Shown here: positions 62,058 to 64,000 of the stretch, one piece after another
How positions within the stretch are numbered: the first letter of the stretch is position 1
How the letters are laid out: every line of letters begins with the position of its first letter
NCBI GenBank assembly: GCA_963817895.1
Contig: CAWFQB010000002.1
Location: 416,001-480,000 of the forward strand
Length of the DNA stretch: 64,000 bases
Source of the DNA: an uncultured Chthonomonadaceae bacterium
GTDB lineage: Bacteria > Armatimonadota > Chthonomonadetes > Chthonomonadales > Chthonomonadaceae
Reading direction: 5' to 3'
Made by a program: the position numbers and the translations under genes
Notes under the pieces: model-generated
The model's input: the letters and a program-made list of their open reading frames with translations, nothing else
What the model was told of the DNA's origin: nothing
The model's database searches: none

Positions 62058-64000
62058 ATGCCGATAACGTCCCGCGCCGGCAAAAACTCCGGCGCGAAAA
62101 CCGAAAACAGTAAGACCGAGGAAGCCCGAAAGCAGCGTCGGCGTCAGCTTGAACCCGATTGCGACACGCTGGCGGAGTTTTTCGGGCCGACCGGTCCGCT
62201 TGCCCGCGAACTGCCCAATTACGAGGCCCGCATCGAGCAGATTCAGGTGGCGGAAGCCATTGAAGAGGCTATGCGGGAGGGCAAGCCCTGCCTGACGGAA
62301 GCCAGCACGGGCGTTGGCAAGTCCCTTGCGTACCTCGTTCCGGCTGTGCGGGCGGCGTTGGACGGCAAAGTGACGGTTATCAGCACCCATACCATCAGCC
62401 TTCAAAACCAACTGATTGAGAAAGATATTCCCCTCGTGTTGCGCATGTTTCCCAACGCAGAGGAGAACGTGCAGGCGACGCAGATGAAGGGGCGGGGCAA
62501 TTTCCTGTGCTTGCAGGATTTGGACAGCGCCCGTTCGGATTTGTTCGCGGCTGCCGACCCGCTGTTTCGCAAACTGGATACGTGGGCGCGGCGCAGTGAC
62601 ATTACGGGCGATGTGGCTGACTTGCCGTTCACGTATCCGCACTGGGGCGAAGTGGCGAGCAACATGGATACGTGCCGGGGGCAGGAGTGCCAGTTTTACG
62701 ACTCGTGCTTTTACTATCGGATGCGGCAGGCCGCGTATGGCAGCAAAATCATCGTCGTCAATCACGCCCTGTTCTTTTCCGACCTGCTGTTGCGGCGGGG
62801 CGATCCGAACGCGGGGATTATTCCCGATTACGATTACGTGGTTTTCGATGAGGCGCACCATCTGGAAGACGTTGCCACCAAAACCTTCGGCATCGAGTTC
62901 GGTTCGCGCCGTCTGGTCAATCTCATGGAGCGTATCAAGCACGTCAAGGGGCTGGATATTGACCGCAGCCGCCTGCAAATGCTGGAAGATATGAACGCCA
63001 GCCTGTTCGTGCCGTTTTTGCAGGCGGGGCGCAACGAGTTCGTGTTTGAGGACGTGCTGCATGACGAAAACCGCGCCCACGTCGAGAACTGGACAACCCA
63101 AACCTGCAACAGCATCGGGGAACTGCAAAACGATATTCTCAAAGTGGCGAAGGACGACGAGAACCTGCGCGACCGACTGGAAGGCATGGCGCGTTTGTGC
63201 GGGCGGGCGCGCGAAGAGCTGTCACAACTCTTTTTTCAGCAGGACGAGAACGCCATACGCTGGGCCGATATTTCGCTCATGGGCAAGGGCGACAAAAAAG
63301 AACCCCGCGTCACGCTGCACTTGACGCCCGTTTCCATCGCCAAAGTGCTGGAAGAGCATTTGTGGAACAGTGAACGCCTGCATAACAAAGGCGGCAGTAT
63401 TATCATGGTGTCGGCCACGCTCGCCAATTCCGGCACGTTCAGCTATGTGCGGCAGCGATTGGGCGTGCCGAGCGACGCGATTGAGCGCATTGTCGGCAGT
63501 CCGTTCAACTTCAAGCAACAGGCACTGCTGTATGTGCCGGGACATTTGCCCGCGCCCGCCCCGACCGGCGCGTACATGGATAAGATGATAGCCGAGATTG
63601 AGCGCATCCTGAAATTGACGGGCGGACGGGCGTTTCTGTTGTTTACCAGTCGGGCGGTGCTGAACGCGGTTTATGACCGTTTGAATGGCAGGCTGCCGTT
63701 CCCGCTGTTCAAGCAGGGCGACTTGCCGCCGGGTAAACTCATCGAAGCGTTCAAAGCCAGCGGCAACGGCTGTCTGCTTGGCGCGAAAACGTTTTGGGAG
63801 GGGGTGGATGTGCAGGGCGAGTCGCTGTCATGCGTGATAATTGATCGCCTGCCGTTCGCGGTTCCCGATTCACCTGTCACCAAAGCCCGCGTCAGCGTGA
63901 TTGAAAAGGCGGGCGGCAACTCGTTCCGCGATTATTCCATTCCGCAGGCGCAAATCAGTTTAAAGCAGGGTTTCGGACGGCTGATACGAACCCGCAATGA
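62058..64000 (+). CDS. dinG: DinG/YoaA family helicase (frameshift ~62150; truncated by window end)
   Basis: EASTGVGKSLAYL, KGRGNFLC, VVNHAL, DEAH, SATL, FWEGVD, QGFGRLIR. Confidence 0.92.
   Translation, partial: MPITSRAGKNSGAKTENSKTEEARKQRRRQLEPDCDTLAEFFGPTGPLARELPNYEARIEQIQVAEAIEEAMREGKPCLTEASTGVGKSLAYLVPAVRAALDGKVTVISTHTISLQNQLIEKDIPLVLRMFPNAEENVQATQMKGRGNFLCLQDLDSARSDLFAAADPLFRKLDTWARRSDITGDVADLPFTYPHWGEVASNMDTCRGQECQFYDSCFYYRMRQAAYGSKIIVVNHALFFSDLLLRRGDPNAGIIPDYDYVVFDEAHHLEDVATKTFGIEFGSRRLVNLMERIKHVKGLDIDRSRLQMLEDMNASLFVPFLQAGRNEFVFEDVLHDENRAHVENWTTQTCNSIGELQNDILKVAKDDENLRDRLEGMARLCGRAREELSQLFFQQDENAIRWADISLMGKGDKKEPRVTLHLTPVSIAKVLEEHLWNSERLHNKGGSIIMVSATLANSGTFSYVRQRLGVPSDAIERIVGSPFNFKQQALLYVPGHLPAPAPTGAYMDKMIAEIERILKLTGGRAFLLFTSRAVLNAVYDRLNGRLPFPLFKQGDLPPGKLIEAFKASGNGCLLGAKTFWEGVDVQGESLSCVIIDRLPFAVPDSPVTKARVSVIEKAGGNSFRDYSIPQAQISLKQGFGRLIRTRN

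Overview
GC-rich bacterial chromosome segment. An Armatimonadota-like origin is my unverified inference from gene style. It contains housekeeping genes (glyQS, purEK, ilvD, infC-rpmI-rplT-pheS-pheT-ychF, lepB, a DinG helicase), a ~16.7 kb exopolysaccharide/exosortase operon preceded by a consensus sigma-54 promoter, a six-gene uncharacterised membrane-protein operon behind a perfect TTGACA-17-TATAAT promoter, an ECF sigma/anti-sigma pair and assorted hydrolases. About 18 genes carry 1-bp frameshifts, most likely long-read errors. The most striking structure not explained by genes is a dense set of about 23 intergenic elements. Each has two inverted arms, mostly 6-9-nt tandem repeats from about 12 motif families, around a short spacer, and usually sits against a stop or start codon. 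One element encloses a four-helix-bundle (IVP/Avd-like) gene, and an 'empty' copy of the same family lies 22 kb away. REP-like palindromes, a small MITE splitting an antitoxin-like gene and a transposase remnant are also present. I saw no rRNA, tRNA or CRISPR array. All family calls come from motif recognition by eye, not database searches.
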